A stretch of 64,000 bases of DNA from assembly GCA_965228855.1 (NCBI GenBank), contig CBDDIJ010000005.1, forward strand, positions 1 through 64,000, written 5' to 3'. Of this stretch, positions 28,654-38,942 are shown one piece after another. The position numbers were made by a program, and so were the translations under genes. A model generated the notes under the pieces. It did no database searches. It had not been told where the DNA came from and was given only the letters and a program-made list of their open reading frames with translations. How positions within the stretch are numbered: the stretch's first letter is position 1; every line of letters begins with the position of its first letter. This stretch comes from Candidatus Obscuribacterales bacterium. Lineage in GTDB: Bacteria > Cyanobacteriota > Vampirovibrionia > Obscuribacterales > Obscuribacteraceae.

Positions 28654-29493
28654 ATGTTCGGCTGCAAACTAAAATCAAATAACAGGCAGAACCAGGGGGA
28701 CAAAGGTCCTCGCATTGTCTGTGGTGCTCTGTATTCACTCTTGCTCTTAACTTTGCTCTTGGCGGTGCCGGGTTCGATTCAATCAGCAGACGCTTTACCA
28801 TCGCTGAAGTCGGCCTCGGAAAAACCGGCGAAAGAAGGAGCTAATCCGGTGGTCGTCGTCGACACGAATAAGGGCCAGTTTAAAATGGTCGTTTACAAAA
28901 ACGAAGTGCCGGTCACAGCAGGCAACTTCATCGACCTCGTCAATCGCAAAATATATAACGGCACCACATTTCACAGATACGAACCCAAGTTTTGCATTCA
29001 AGGAGGCGATCCTACTGGCACCACTCGTGGTGGCAGCGGCAAGTCTATTCCGCTTGAAATAAACAAACAATTGAGACACAGCGAATCCGGCATGGTCGGC
29101 ATGGCTCGCGGGAAAGATCGGAATTCTGCAAGCTCACAGTTTTACATAATTCTCAGTCCTCAGAGTGGACTCGATAACGACTACGCAGTATTCGCCAAAG
29201 TGATTGAAGGTTTGGACACCGTCTTCGCGATTCGCAAAGGCGACACTATGACAAATCTGGCCGTGGACGGCACAATCAAAGACTTCAAGCCGAAGAAAGA
29301 ACCGAAACCGGAGAAGCCGGACAAGGAAGAAAAAGAAGCAAAGAAGGAAGCCAAAGCAGCCAAACAGGAAGCCGCAAAGGAAGCAAAAACTGGAGGCAAG
29401 ACCGCCAAAGTGGAAGCTGAAAAGGCAACCAGGGCAACAGGCAAAGCGGCTGGTAGCGAGCCGAAAAAAGGCTCCGCGAAGGAATCAAAATAA
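28654..29493 (+). CDS. Exported cyclophilin-type peptidyl-prolyl isomerase with K/E/A-rich tail
   Basis: PVTAGNF, FHRYEPKFCIQGGDP, VGMAR, SASSQFYI, YAVFAKV; N-terminal hydrophobic segment. Confidence 0.95.
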   Translation: MFGCKLKSNNRQNQGDKGPRIVCGALYSLLLLTLLLAVPGSIQSADALPSLKSASEKPAKEGANPVVVVDTNKGQFKMVVYKNEVPVTAGNFIDLVNRKIYNGTTFHRYEPKFCIQGGDPTGTTRGGSGKSIPLEINKQLRHSESGMVGMARGKDRNSASSQFYIILSPQSGLDNDYAVFAKVIEGLDTVFAIRKGDTMTNLAVDGTIKDFKPKKEPKPEKPDKEEKEAKKEAKAAKQEAAKEAKTGGKTAKVEAEKATRATGKAAGSEPKKGSAKESK

Positions 29494-29531
29494 CGTAAGT
29501 AAGATGTTCGGATAACAAAGAGAGGATAGAA

Positions 29532-29975
29532 ATGTCAGACCCAGTAGTATTGATGAAAACAAACAAAGGCGATATCAAAATCAATATCGCTCTCAAAGAT
29601 GCCCCCATCACCAGCCAGAATTTTATTGACCTGGTCAATAAGGGCTTTTATAACGGCTTGACCTTCCATCGTCATGAACCGGGATTCTGCCTCCAGGGCG
29701 GTTGCCCACAAGGAACGGGCATGGGTGGTTCGGGCAAAAACATCAAGCTCGAAATTGCTCCGAATTTGAAGCATGACAAAGAAGGCGTTATCGCAATGGC
29801 GCGCGCCAACGATCCAAACTCGGCAAGCTCGCAGTTTTACTTCACCCTCGGAAACGCCAGCTTCCTCGATGGTAATTATGCGGTCTTCGGTCGCATCGCC
29901 GATGAAGACGGTCTGGCGGTTCTGAAGAAACTGGGCAAAGGCGACAAAATGGTCGACGTCTCAGTTCAACAATAG
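29532..29975 (+). CDS. Cytoplasmic cyclophilin-type peptidyl-prolyl isomerase
   Basis: APITSQNF, FHRHEPGFCLQGG, IAMAR, SASSQFY, LDGNYAVFG. Confidence 0.96.
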   Translation: MSDPVVLMKTNKGDIKINIALKDAPITSQNFIDLVNKGFYNGLTFHRHEPGFCLQGGCPQGTGMGGSGKNIKLEIAPNLKHDKEGVIAMARANDPNSASSQFYFTLGNASFLDGNYAVFGRIADEDGLAVLKKLGKGDKMVDVSVQQ

Positions 29976-29996
29976 TCGACCGCCGACAAAAGAATT

Positions 29997-30030
29997 GAGA
30001 GAGCGCTCGTATCGGGCGCTCTCTCTCTTT
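29997..30030 (+). terminator. Terminator hairpin after the cyclophilin pair
   Basis: GAGAGAGCGCTCG-TAT-CGGGCGCTCTCTC plus pyrimidine tail. Confidence 0.8.
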
Positions 30031-30115
30031 GCAGACTTTCGAAGATGTGGAGTTTTGATTAGACCTTGCCTGCATACAGGAGCAGCCGGAAGGTTTCGAG
30101 ACGTCACGCGCTCGC

Positions 30116-30988
30116 CTAGATCTTGATGTAGCGTCCCGATGTCCAGGCGCCGCCACCGGCACCGACTGCAACGCCTAGAACAAGCATCACTGTAAACGTT
30201 TGCAGTATGTTGTAGCCCCAATTCTTGGGAAACAGTGGAGCAATACTGGCAAGTTCCTGTGACAGATACGGCTGAATCACGTACATATGCATAGTCAGCA
30301 AGACCAGCATGGCAAGCGTCGCCGCGACGGCTCCATAAAAAGCCCCCTGCAGAACGAACGGACACTTTATGTAGAAATGCCCCACGCCCATGAGAGACAA
30401 GATCTCAATTTCTTTCTGTCGCGCCTGGATGACCAGGTGAATAGTATTGCCGATAACGGTCAGCGTCGCGGCTGTCAGAGCGCCAGTTACAACAACACCG
30501 GCAATTTCAATGAAGTGTCGAAACTCGTTGATTCGTTTCACAACCATCATTGGGTAGCGAACCGCTTCAATAGCTGGAAGCAGTTTCAACTTCGGTGCCA
30601 ATGCTTCAACTTGATCTGCGCGGTTTACGGTAACGTGAAGCGTGTTCGGGAGCGGGTTGGAGATAGACGCAGCATTCAGGGTTTTCTTCATGTCTTCCCA
30701 GGCAACGTCTTTCGTAATTACTTCAACCAGACGAACTTCCTTATATTGGCTGACATCGCGAGCAACTTCACGAGGTTCATACTTATCGCTTAGAAAAGCA
30801 GAGATGACCAGCTGCGAACCCCACATGTTGACGAGATTCTTCAGCGACATGGTCAACTGCAGAACGCTACCGAATATGGTGAGCGCAATCGCAAGGATGC
30901 TTATGACCAGCCAGTTAGACCAGCCACTACGCTTGATACCAAGAAAGGTTTCAACGACGACTCTCGCCAATATTCTCAATTGCCGCAT
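30116..30988 (-). CDS. ftsX: Cell division permease FtsX
   Basis: 4-TM topology, NPLPNTL, IGNTIHL...ARQKEIEILSLMG, PFVLQG; downstream of ftsE. Confidence 0.94.
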   Translation of the reverse strand: MRQLRILARVVVETFLGIKRSGWSNWLVISILAIALTIFGSVLQLTMSLKNLVNMWGSQLVISAFLSDKYEPREVARDVSQYKEVRLVEVITKDVAWEDMKKTLNAASISNPLPNTLHVTVNRADQVEALAPKLKLLPAIEAVRYPMMVVKRINEFRHFIEIAGVVVTGALTAATLTVIGNTIHLVIQARQKEIEILSLMGVGHFYIKCPFVLQGAFYGAVAATLAMLVLLTMHMYVIQPYLSQELASIAPLFPKNWGYNILQTFTVMLVLGVAVGAGGGAWTSGRYIKI

Positions 30989-31005
30989 CAGTTTATCGAC
31001 TCCAA

Positions 31006-31698
31006 TTAAACTGCAGTGAGATCCATGTCGTAGACACCACTGTCCACATCGGAGAAAAGCTCGCCGTTCTTCAAAGCTATAACTCTGCGGCGCATGGCGT
31101 CTACGATGGTGTGGTCATGTGTGGAGATAAGAACGGTAGTTCCGCGTTCTGAAATTCTGGAAAGCAGTTGGACAATTTCCAGCGAAGTAGCAGGGTCAAG
31201 GTTGCCTGTCGGTTCGTCCGCAAGAAGAACCGGCGGTCCATTAACAATAGCTCTGGCGATGCCGACGCGTTGCTGTTCTCCACCGGACAACTCATCGGGG
31301 AAAGCGTCTGCTTTGTCTTCCAGGTTCACCACATTCAGTGCACTGGTTACACGTTTGCGCACGTCCTTCTCGTCTACGCCGAGCGCACGAAGAATGTACG
31401 CGACATTATCGAATGCGGTTTGTCTAGTGAGCAGTTTATAGTCCTGGAAGATAATGCCCAGGCGCCTGCGCAACAACGGAATTTGACGCGGACTCAAGCG
31501 GTTCAAATTGACGCCGCCGATGAAGACGCTACCGGAGGTCGGCACCTCTTCGCGATATAGAAGTCGCATCATCGTTGATTTGCCGGCACCCGAAGGTCCG
31601 ACAAGAAACGCGAACTCGCCCAGAGCCACGTGAAGGTTGATATCCTTCAGTGCCGGACGTCCGCCATAACTTTTCGATACATGCTGCAGTCGTATCAT
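31006..31698 (-). CDS. ftsE: Cell division ATP-binding protein FtsE
   Basis: GPSGAGKST, LRRRLGIIFQDYKLL, LSGGEQQRV, LADEPTGNLD. Confidence 0.97.
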   Translation of the reverse strand: MIRLQHVSKSYGGRPALKDINLHVALGEFAFLVGPSGAGKSTMMRLLYREEVPTSGSVFIGGVNLNRLSPRQIPLLRRRLGIIFQDYKLLTRQTAFDNVAYILRALGVDEKDVRKRVTSALNVVNLEDKADAFPDELSGGEQQRVGIARAIVNGPPVLLADEPTGNLDPATSLEIVQLLSRISERGTTVLISTHDHTIVDAMRRRVIALKNGELFSDVDSGVYDMDLTAV

Positions 31699-31877
31699 TT
31701 GATAATTGCCAATTCAGTTGGGGATTCCCAAAAGTAACGCCTTCGATGGCAAATGCAGTTTCTCTTGACGATTTCGAATGCCTTCACCCGACTTGGTCGA
31801 AGAGTTTTCTACAGTAGGCGGGAATCATAACACAGTAGTCACGAGGAAGCCTTGAATAAGTTGAATCTTGTTCTTTG

Positions 31878-32615
31878 TTAACTGTTTATATGCGAATCAG
31901 ACTTGCCGCGCGCCAGCAGATCCGCGACGTGACACATGCGGCAAAGGTTTGTAACGCCGTACACGCGTGAGTCCACGTATCCGCACTTGCTGCAAGAATC
32001 GTAACCCCTCGTCTCTCTCCAGGCTTTCCGTCTTAACTCTCGCTCATACATTCGGATGATTCGATCAGTTGTGGACGCGTCGTGCTCGCCGTGGGCAGCG
32101 CCTACATCAAGATTGGCTTTCAGTTTGGCAAGCTCGTTCAAATTCTCATCCGTCAACTCGACCTGCGCCAACTCTTCTTCCGTCGCCGTTCTCGCCAGTC
32201 GAGCCTCCGCCTGCGAACGGCTCAGCGTGAAGGTCTCCTGATCCTCGGCTTCGGTAAAATGTTTTAAATCGAAGCGAATACCGTTGATCTGCAAACCCAC
32301 CCCGCGCGCAAACGGCGCCAACTTCTTCATGAGTTGTCCACGATGGAAGCTGAGCTCCTGAGCCACTGTCGAATCTTTGACAGAAACCACGAGACTGCCC
32401 TCGTGATCTATAAACAAAGGTCTTGAGACTTTCTTGAACGCTTCGTCGACCACGTCGTTCCACATCGCCATGAAAGCCTGCTCCTTCATGCGCTGCTCAA
32501 GCCCATATTTACTGAGCACTTTGCTCAGCACAGTGCTCAACGAAGTGATCGAGCTTCGATTTCGCCTGCGCTGAAACGGTTTATTCTTGCTGTCCGACGA
32601 GGAATCGTTATTCAT
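31878..32615 (-). CDS. DUF721/DciA-family protein with C-terminal Zn-ribbon
   Basis: LSTVLSKVL...WNDVV...SRP...LVVSVKDSTVAQELSF; CSKC...CRMC. Confidence 0.85.
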   Translation of the reverse strand: MNNDSSSDSKNKPFQRRRNRSSITSLSTVLSKVLSKYGLEQRMKEQAFMAMWNDVVDEAFKKVSRPLFIDHEGSLVVSVKDSTVAQELSFHRGQLMKKLAPFARGVGLQINGIRFDLKHFTEAEDQETFTLSRSQAEARLARTATEEELAQVELTDENLNELAKLKANLDVGAAHGEHDASTTDRIIRMYERELRRKAWRETRGYDSCSKCGYVDSRVYGVTNLCRMCHVADLLARGKSDSHINS

Positions 32616-32816
32616 GCGGTCACCTGAGGTCGCCTATTGGCGCCGAGCTCCGTTGGTTACACATTATAGAATCTTACTGAGAATCTGGACCCATCAGGGA
32701 AATTTTCCTCATATTTTTGCAGACGACCGTTCAACGGCAGCAGAACCTGAGATATAATCTGCCTTACTCGTCGTTTTTGACGAGACCAACACAGGGTTAA
32801 GGCTGCTGGAGGTTCA

Positions 32817-33173
32817 ATGACGTCACCCGTGCGCTCTCACAATACTATTGAAGAACTTCAACGCAGATTCAAGCCAGAAAACGCTCGCAATCTTTCCGCA
32901 ACGTATTTGATTACGATCCACGGAGAAGAAGGCGGCTCCTGGCTTACGAAGATCGCCGATGGCAACTGCGAATTTATCAAACAAGAAACACCGGACAATT
33001 CCAAAGCGGACTGCTGCATCTCAATAGCAGCCGAGGACCTCGAGTTCATCATGTCGGGTCAGATGACTGCCATGACAGCGGCACTTTCCGGCGTTCTCGC
33101 AATTGACGGAGAACTCGGGCTGGCTATGCAACTCGTCCCGATCTTCTTCGAAGGACAAGCACCGTTTATTTAA
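32817..33173 (+). CDS. SCP2 sterol/lipid-binding domain protein
   Basis: GEEGGSW, ADCCISI, AMTAALSGVLAIDGELGLAMQL. Confidence 0.9.
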   Translation: MTSPVRSHNTIEELQRRFKPENARNLSATYLITIHGEEGGSWLTKIADGNCEFIKQETPDNSKADCCISIAAEDLEFIMSGQMTAMTAALSGVLAIDGELGLAMQLVPIFFEGQAPFI

Positions 33174-33258
33174 ATTCGCTCATTGGATCGAGCGAGTTTA
33201 TCCAAGTGCTAAGATTCAATCTGAATTGCCGGGCTCAAGTCGCAGGCAAACTCTTCTA

Positions 33259-33281
33259 AGGAACCGTCCATGACGGTTCCT
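33259..33281. terminator. Hairpin terminator between convergent genes
   Basis: AGGAACCGTC-CAT-GACGGTTCCT perfect 10-bp stem. Confidence 0.75.
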
Positions 33282-33355
33282 ATTTGCTTTTGGGGACCGT
33301 AGTATGCGATATCGCCGGCGGTGCCAGCCGTTGTGAAACGGAAAGCAAGTGACAA

Positions 33356-34255
33356 TCAGTCAGATCTCATTCCTCTGAGACCAGCCTTCATGCAATCCGA
33401 CGGGACAGCCCGTCCAGTCCATATCTCGAAGGCACGCGCGGCTTGATACACAAGCATATCCAGACCATCGACGGAAGAAAGCGATAGCGCTCGAGCCCGT
33501 TCTTCCAGAACAGTGGGATACTCGTTTTTCGAATACACGAGATCGTAAACCAGCGTGCGTTTATCCAACCGGGCAAGAGCTTCCGAAAACCAGTCAGGAA
33601 GCGGTTCACCGTTTTGCCCAGCCGGAGTTGCATTAACCAATAAAAATTTAGCGGATAAAGATTCTTCGTTCAGATGCTCAACAGATCGCAACATTGATCC
33701 TTCAATAAGCAGTTGGCCTCTCGGTCCTAAAGAATTCGCGATTTCAACGACGAAGTTACTGGACTTTCTAAAATCGCGTCCGAATATCGATATATCCAGA
33801 AAGCCCATTTCGCATAACCCGGCAACCACGGCTTTGGCTGCGCCTCCACAACCGATTACTAAAACCGATTTCGACCAATTAGTATCAATGTTTTCTCTAT
33901 CAATTGCGTCGCTGAGCGCTCGCGAAAATCCGTAGACATCGGTATTATGTCCAACCGTTTTGCCACCAGAAAAGACTATTGTGTTGACCGCCCCGACACT
34001 CCTTGCGTCTTCCACAACCTCGTCTAAAAGCGGTATGACCGCTTGTTTATGCGGGATAGTGACATTCACTCCATCGAATCCTGAACGCTTAAGCTCGTCG
34101 AATTTAACGGCTAACTGAGCCGCTTGTATATCTAGTAGACGATATTCGCCATCTAGGCGGTGAAACGAAAGCGCCGCCTCGTGAAGAAGCGGCGACAATG
34201 AATGTTTTACTGGATGCCCGATTAATCCCAACAGATATTGTTTCTTGCTGGGCAC
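33356..34255 (-). CDS. aroE: Shikimate dehydrogenase
   Basis: HSLSP, NVTIPHK, GAVNT, NTDVYG, GCGGAA, DGLDMLVYQA. Confidence 0.96.
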   Translation of the reverse strand: MPSKKQYLLGLIGHPVKHSLSPLLHEAALSFHRLDGEYRLLDIQAAQLAVKFDELKRSGFDGVNVTIPHKQAVIPLLDEVVEDARSVGAVNTIVFSGGKTVGHNTDVYGFSRALSDAIDRENIDTNWSKSVLVIGCGGAAKAVVAGLCEMGFLDISIFGRDFRKSSNFVVEIANSLGPRGQLLIEGSMLRSVEHLNEESLSAKFLLVNATPAGQNGEPLPDWFSEALARLDKRTLVYDLVYSKNEYPTVLEERARALSLSSVDGLDMLVYQAARAFEIWTGRAVPSDCMKAGLRGMRSD

Positions 34256-34266
34256 AATCGCAACTA

Positions 34267-34698
34267 CTAGTAGTTTTTCGTCTGAACAGTAGCTACGCGC
34301 ATCTTACTGATGCCGGACTGCGAACAAGCGGTCATGATGTGCACCACATCCTTTTGTTTGCAGTCTCCATCCGCATTTACCGTAACTGGTACGTCTTTGA
34401 CACCGATAGAGTTGATGACCTCTTGCAGCTTGGTCTGAATACCAGCTGGACTCGTGTCTTGAAGCGTCTTTCCGTTGATTGCGATTTGACCTTCTTTCGA
34501 AACATCAATCATAATCGACTTGGTCCGCGCGTTTTCTTTCTTCGCGTGGTAAGTCTCCGGCGGTTTGATCTTCAGTTCTGATTTGTCGATCAAAGGCGCA
34601 ATCAAGATCATGATTACGAGGAGCACCAAGAACACATCGGTTAGAGGAGTAATATTAATGTCGGTGAATACTTCAGCACCGCCGCCTCCCATAGCCAT
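34267..34698 (-). CDS. exbD: ExbD/TolR-family protein
   Basis: DINITPLTDVFLVLLVIMIL. Confidence 0.92.
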   Translation of the reverse strand: MAMGGGGAEVFTDINITPLTDVFLVLLVIMILIAPLIDKSELKIKPPETYHAKKENARTKSIMIDVSKEGQIAINGKTLQDTSPAGIQTKLQEVINSIGVKDVPVTVNADGDCKQKDVVHIMTACSQSGISKMRVATVQTKNY

Positions 34699-34745
34699 TC
34701 TCGATCACCCCCTTCTTAAATTCGAATCAATCATTCAGACGCTGA

Positions 34746-35390
34746 CTATTTGTATGAACCGCTGGCTTCTTCGCTGGCGACAAAGCTGAGGAAGAGAAGC
34801 TTCAGAAGCTGGAAGTCGTCGTTGAAACGCTTAACGGTGTTTGTATACCAGTTGTTGAACACAACCGCGAGGATAGCGACAATCAGACCGTATCCTGTTG
34901 CGATAAGAGCCTTCGCAACACCGATAACGACTGTCTGCGTACCGCCACCGGATGCGCCGAGTTCGTCCAGCGTGAAAACTACACCGACCACAGTCCCGAA
35001 CAGTCCAAGGAAGGGGCAGGTAGCGCCAATAGTTCCAAGAATCGCCAGGTGTTTTTCCAGTTTGCGTGATACCAGTCCAACAGTGATGTCGAATGCTTTG
35101 GAGAAGTCTTCTTTCTGTTCAGCAAGAAGTCTTACGCCTTCTTCTGCAACTTCGCCAATTACTCCACCGAGACGGCTGCAGGTTTGCTGCGCCTTTTGCA
35201 AATTGTTGTTTTCCAACTCGCGCTGCAACTGGTGAATGAACGCAGTCACGTCACGACGATTTTGCTGGTAATACAGGTAGCGCTCAACAATTACGGCGAG
35301 CGTAGCGACCGAGCACAATGTGATTGGAATCGATGCGAACCAATCCTGCATCATGAAGTCGAGGAAGTAGGTTAGAAATTTGTTCTCCAT
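34746..35390 (-). CDS. exbB: MotA/TolQ/ExbB proton-channel protein
   Basis: LGTIGATCPFLGLFGTVVG, ALIATGYGLIVAI. Confidence 0.93.
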   Translation of the reverse strand: MENKFLTYFLDFMMQDWFASIPITLCSVATLAVIVERYLYYQQNRRDVTAFIHQLQRELENNNLQKAQQTCSRLGGVIGEVAEEGVRLLAEQKEDFSKAFDITVGLVSRKLEKHLAILGTIGATCPFLGLFGTVVGVVFTLDELGASGGGTQTVVIGVAKALIATGYGLIVAILAVVFNNWYTNTVKRFNDDFQLLKLLFLSFVASEEASGSYK

Positions 35391-35450
35391 TATTACTCCT
35401 AGTTGAGTTCACTCTCCCTAATTGAGATCACTCCCAGCCGTATGAGTCTA

Positions 35451-37136
35451 TCAGAATCGGCGGAATACGCCACCACTACCGGACCCCTTGAAGACGTTGT
35501 AGTCGAATGTAAATTGGATATCTACATCCTCTGGCGCCCCATCTGGTAACGGTCTGAACGGTGCCGCGTTTTGTACAGCCTTGAGTGCGGCCTGATCCGC
35601 TATCGCCAGGCCTGAGCCGCCAGCCAACCGGAGGTTAGACATGGTGCCGTTTGAATGAATTTTGAATATAACTGAAACCCGTTTACTTTCGTTACCTTTC
35701 GGCGGGAACCATGCTCGTTTGATACGACGTTGCAAGTCCGCCATGTATGGTCCGAAGTCCACGTCTTTCTGTGCCGCCAGCGATGGACGACCTGGCTTGG
35801 CGCCTTTGTCCGGGTTGCCCTCGGAGCCTTCGCCGCCACCACCACCGCCACTGCCGGCGGATGGTCTGGGGACGCTCGGATTGACCGCCATGGACGGACC
35901 GGAGTCACCGCCACCGCTACCACTACCCGAGCCGGACCCGGCACGAGAAGGAGCAGGGGCAGCCGATGGTCCGCTGCCGGATCCACCCTTGGAGTGCGAG
36001 CCTCCGCCGCCACCAGCCATCACTGGAACCGGTGAACGTGCACCGCCACCGCCGGAAGTTCCACGCGTGCTGATCGAAGCGATCGGCGCGGGCATGCTGC
36101 CGGACGAGCTGCTCGGAAGAGCTGCGATCGCAGGCGATGGCGCCGCCGGTGCTCCGACCTTACCGATGGAAACCGGCGCAGGCACTGGAGTCGGATTGGC
36201 TCTCGGCGAAGCGGCCGGAGCGGCGAAAGGATTCGGCAATGCCAAAGGCATTTTAGAGGGAGCCGGAGTCGGGCTCGGCGTAGGCGTCGGCGTAGCCATC
36301 GGAGCGGGCGACGGACTCGGTCTCGGCGTAGGAGTAGGAGTCGGAGCCGCAGACGGCGACGGTCGTGGCGTCGGGCGCGGAGTCGGCTGGGCAGACGGTC
36401 TGGGCGTCGGTGTCGGCGCCGGAGCTTGTTTTTGCTCGACCGGTTTAGGTGTCGGACGCGCCTGCGGTTTCGGCGTCGGAGCAGCCTGGCTAGGCTGTTT
36501 CGGTGCAGGCGACGGAGGCGCTACTTTCTTTTGAGGATTGTGCTGCCCTCTGTTTTCCGAATTGTGCTCAGCTTTTCGCTTGGCGCGAATTTGTTTTTTG
36601 ACTTCAGGTTGGTTCTGAATAAATTCGATATCCGTCACCTGCACTTTCGGAGGCGGCGGAATTAAGAAGAAAAACGCAAGAATCAAGCATGTCGCCATCA
36701 ATGCGACGTGAAACAGATACGACCCACTCGACGCCTCAGGCATATCCATGACGGCATCGGCATATATCTGCTTGCGCTGAATAACCGCGGCATGGTCGTA
36801 AGCGTCGCGCATGCAGAACGCGGTAAACGAGAGAAACAAACCGATAATGATCATCGACGCCGGATTACCCAGGCGGAAGTTCATCATGCTGGCGATAAGC
36901 TGTTTGTTCGGCTCCATATTGAAGCCGAGAGCAAAGGTATACAGCGACTGCAGCAGCGACTCGTTGAACATCAATCCCAGGAAGACCAGGAAGTTGATGA
37001 ATCCAACCGACAGGAAGAGCATGCCCTTCCGCGTCTCGCCGTTGTAGAGCTGACCTAACCCGGGCAAAATAGACAGCATTCCTGCCATCGTCGGGTCTTT
37101 TTGAGGCCGGTCACTATTTTTCGCGTATGTAGCCAT
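35451..37136 (-). CDS. tonB: TonB/TolA-like energy transducer with extra N-terminal membrane domain
   Basis: PT/PS-rich linker; C-terminal DFGPYMADLQRRIKRAWFPP...ADQAALKAV...APFRPLP...IQFTFDY; start ATG 37136 or 37181. Confidence 0.88.
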   Translation of the reverse strand: MATYAKNSDRPQKDPTMAGMLSILPGLGQLYNGETRKGMLFLSVGFINFLVFLGLMFNESLLQSLYTFALGFNMEPNKQLIASMMNFRLGNPASMIIIGLFLSFTAFCMRDAYDHAAVIQRKQIYADAVMDMPEASSGSYLFHVALMATCLILAFFFLIPPPPKVQVTDIEFIQNQPEVKKQIRAKRKAEHNSENRGQHNPQKKVAPPSPAPKQPSQAAPTPKPQARPTPKPVEQKQAPAPTPTPRPSAQPTPRPTPRPSPSAAPTPTPTPRPSPSPAPMATPTPTPSPTPAPSKMPLALPNPFAAPAASPRANPTPVPAPVSIGKVGAPAAPSPAIAALPSSSSGSMPAPIASISTRGTSGGGGARSPVPVMAGGGGGSHSKGGSGSGPSAAPAPSRAGSGSGSGSGGGDSGPSMAVNPSVPRPSAGSGGGGGGEGSEGNPDKGAKPGRPSLAAQKDVDFGPYMADLQRRIKRAWFPPKGNESKRVSVIFKIHSNGTMSNLRLAGGSGLAIADQAALKAVQNAAPFRPLPDGAPEDVDIQFTFDYNVFKGSGSGGVFRRF

Positions 37137-37603
37137 GGAAGTTGGTTTCCGTACCAGAGTAGTAAGTCGCAGAGGTCCCATTGAACTCTTCAGCAGGGAT
37201 TAGCCGCGGAGCGATTCTATTAGTTACGACCAGAAACAAGGGAAAATGTTTCTGTTTCGCGCAACTGTTGGCATTGAACCCACTTTAAAGAGTGTCCTAA
37301 CCGAATAAACAGCCGCCTTTTATGTTAACGAAAACTAAGTATATCACTTCTATATCTTCGTTTTTATCGCTCAAAGCCAGAATACAACGGGTTTCCAGTT
37401 GATATCTAGAGGTCTGTTCGCATACGCAAAGTTAGGCGCGGCGACAGGAGTTAAACTCACTATATCGCCAAAGCCTCAAGCGCCGCACGGCGCTTTGGGT
37501 TGAACAACACTCAGGACTTTCCCGAACGAAATCCTAGGGTAAACCCTGACATGACCTTCTTCTGGTTCTAAACCGCTTTATCAGCCGGCCGTTCTCTAAC
37601 CGA

Positions 37604-38611
37604 TTACATGCTCAAGTTGGGCATACGCAGCTCTTCAGCGAGCTCGATTTTGAGTTCGTCGCCAGGCCGCACTTCAACTTTCTTGCCTTTCTTCGACAAG
37701 AGAATCGCAACACCGACCGCGATACCAACACCAGCACCGATCATAGCGCCGCCTGCGCGACTGATGCTGCTGTTGCTGTTGCTGGTCGAGCTATTGTTAT
37801 TGTTGCCGGATCCGGCAGCCAGAGCGCCAACGCCCAGACCGACGAGGGTAGGGAGCGCAACCGCACCGGTGTCGAACGCTATGTCTTTCAGACCACGTCT
37901 GGCATGTACAACTCCGCCGCGAGCAACGAGATTTGCGACGATTGGAATCGAGCGATTGTCAGGCGTCGTGATCGTGTCGAATTTCAAACCTACGGAACCG
38001 GATCGGTTCAAGTGCTTCGGCGAGTTCAACTGGGCGATTCTACCTTTGATAATTGAGCCGGCAGGAACGATGGTTGATCCGTCGATACTCAAGTCTTCCG
38101 ATGTACGGGCTGCGAATTCATCGCCCTCCTGGCTGGTATCGGAATCAACAGCCGTGTCCATAATGATCGGAATTTTTGTTCCGGTTGGAACAACTTTAAC
38201 GTAACCTTTTAAAACTTTCTTGCCGGAAGAATCCGTCGTTTCACCTGTGGTTTCACTCGCAGTCTCGGTCTTCGAACTGGCGTCATCAGTGGTACCACTG
38301 GCGGTTGGTGTGGACGCTTCATCGCTCGATGATGTCTGAGTCTTGGTGACAGGCGGAGTGTCGTCGACGCTAGGCGTTTCGGCTTGCATCTCGGAATTCA
38401 TCGGCACTGAAAAATGATTGCCGGTCGTCGAATCACCCATGCCGCTCGGCGCTTCGTCCGACGGTTCGGAATCCGAGGACGAACTCTCAGGATTGTATAT
38501 CTTGAAATTGAGTTGGGGCTCATCGCCAGCCAGTGCTGGTGTAGTAACAGTTCCGCCAAGCATGAGAAGCGAGAGCGAAATCGCTATGAAAGAGCTACCG
38601 TTCCGAGACAT
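37604..38611 (-). CDS. Secreted protein with TrbI/VirB10-like beta domain and Gly-zipper helices
   Basis: Signal peptide, S/T/D linker, VPTGTKIPI...IVPAGSIIKG, GAMIGAGVG. Confidence 0.78.
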   Translation of the reverse strand: MSRNGSSFIAISLSLLMLGGTVTTPALAGDEPQLNFKIYNPESSSSDSEPSDEAPSGMGDSTTGNHFSVPMNSEMQAETPSVDDTPPVTKTQTSSSDEASTPTASGTTDDASSKTETASETTGETTDSSGKKVLKGYVKVVPTGTKIPIIMDTAVDSDTSQEGDEFAARTSEDLSIDGSTIVPAGSIIKGRIAQLNSPKHLNRSGSVGLKFDTITTPDNRSIPIVANLVARGGVVHARRGLKDIAFDTGAVALPTLVGLGVGALAAGSGNNNNSSTSNSNSSISRAGGAMIGAGVGIAVGVAILLSKKGKKVEVRPGDELKIELAEELRMPNLSM

Positions 38612-38942
38612 TTTTATTCTCCATTGAGCTTTCGAAAGATTCTTTCGATGCAACCATTAAACCTGCCAGGGTTTTGTTCGACTGATTATCGGCAGACCGA
38701 AAGCAGTCAAGTGGAGCAGTCAGTCTAACACGCTTGCCAGGATGTCGAAATTAGCGATTGCTAGTAATGTGTACAAATCGGACCGAAAGCGAAACCGGTG
38801 CTTCCTTAACAGGCGCAACGTCAAGGATAGCTTGAAGCAGTTTTTGTAAACCGCTGTTAGCTATTACCATCAATGGTGAATTAAACTAAATACAAATGAG
38901 AAGTGAAAGGCCGCCACTTTTGGCCGCCCAGAGGTACCGCAA

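Noticed and set aside
35662..36534. 290-aa Gly/Val-rich ORF
   Set aside because: Antisense shadow of the Pro-rich TonB linker
37182..37603. Riboswitch in the long region upstream of tonB
   Set aside because: Only scattered short stems; no cobalamin, TPP or other recognisable aptamer motif
37604..38611. Type IV secretion/conjugation locus suggested by the VirB10-like domain
   Set aside because: No VirB4, VirD4, relaxase or pilin genes nearby; it is a stand-alone domain
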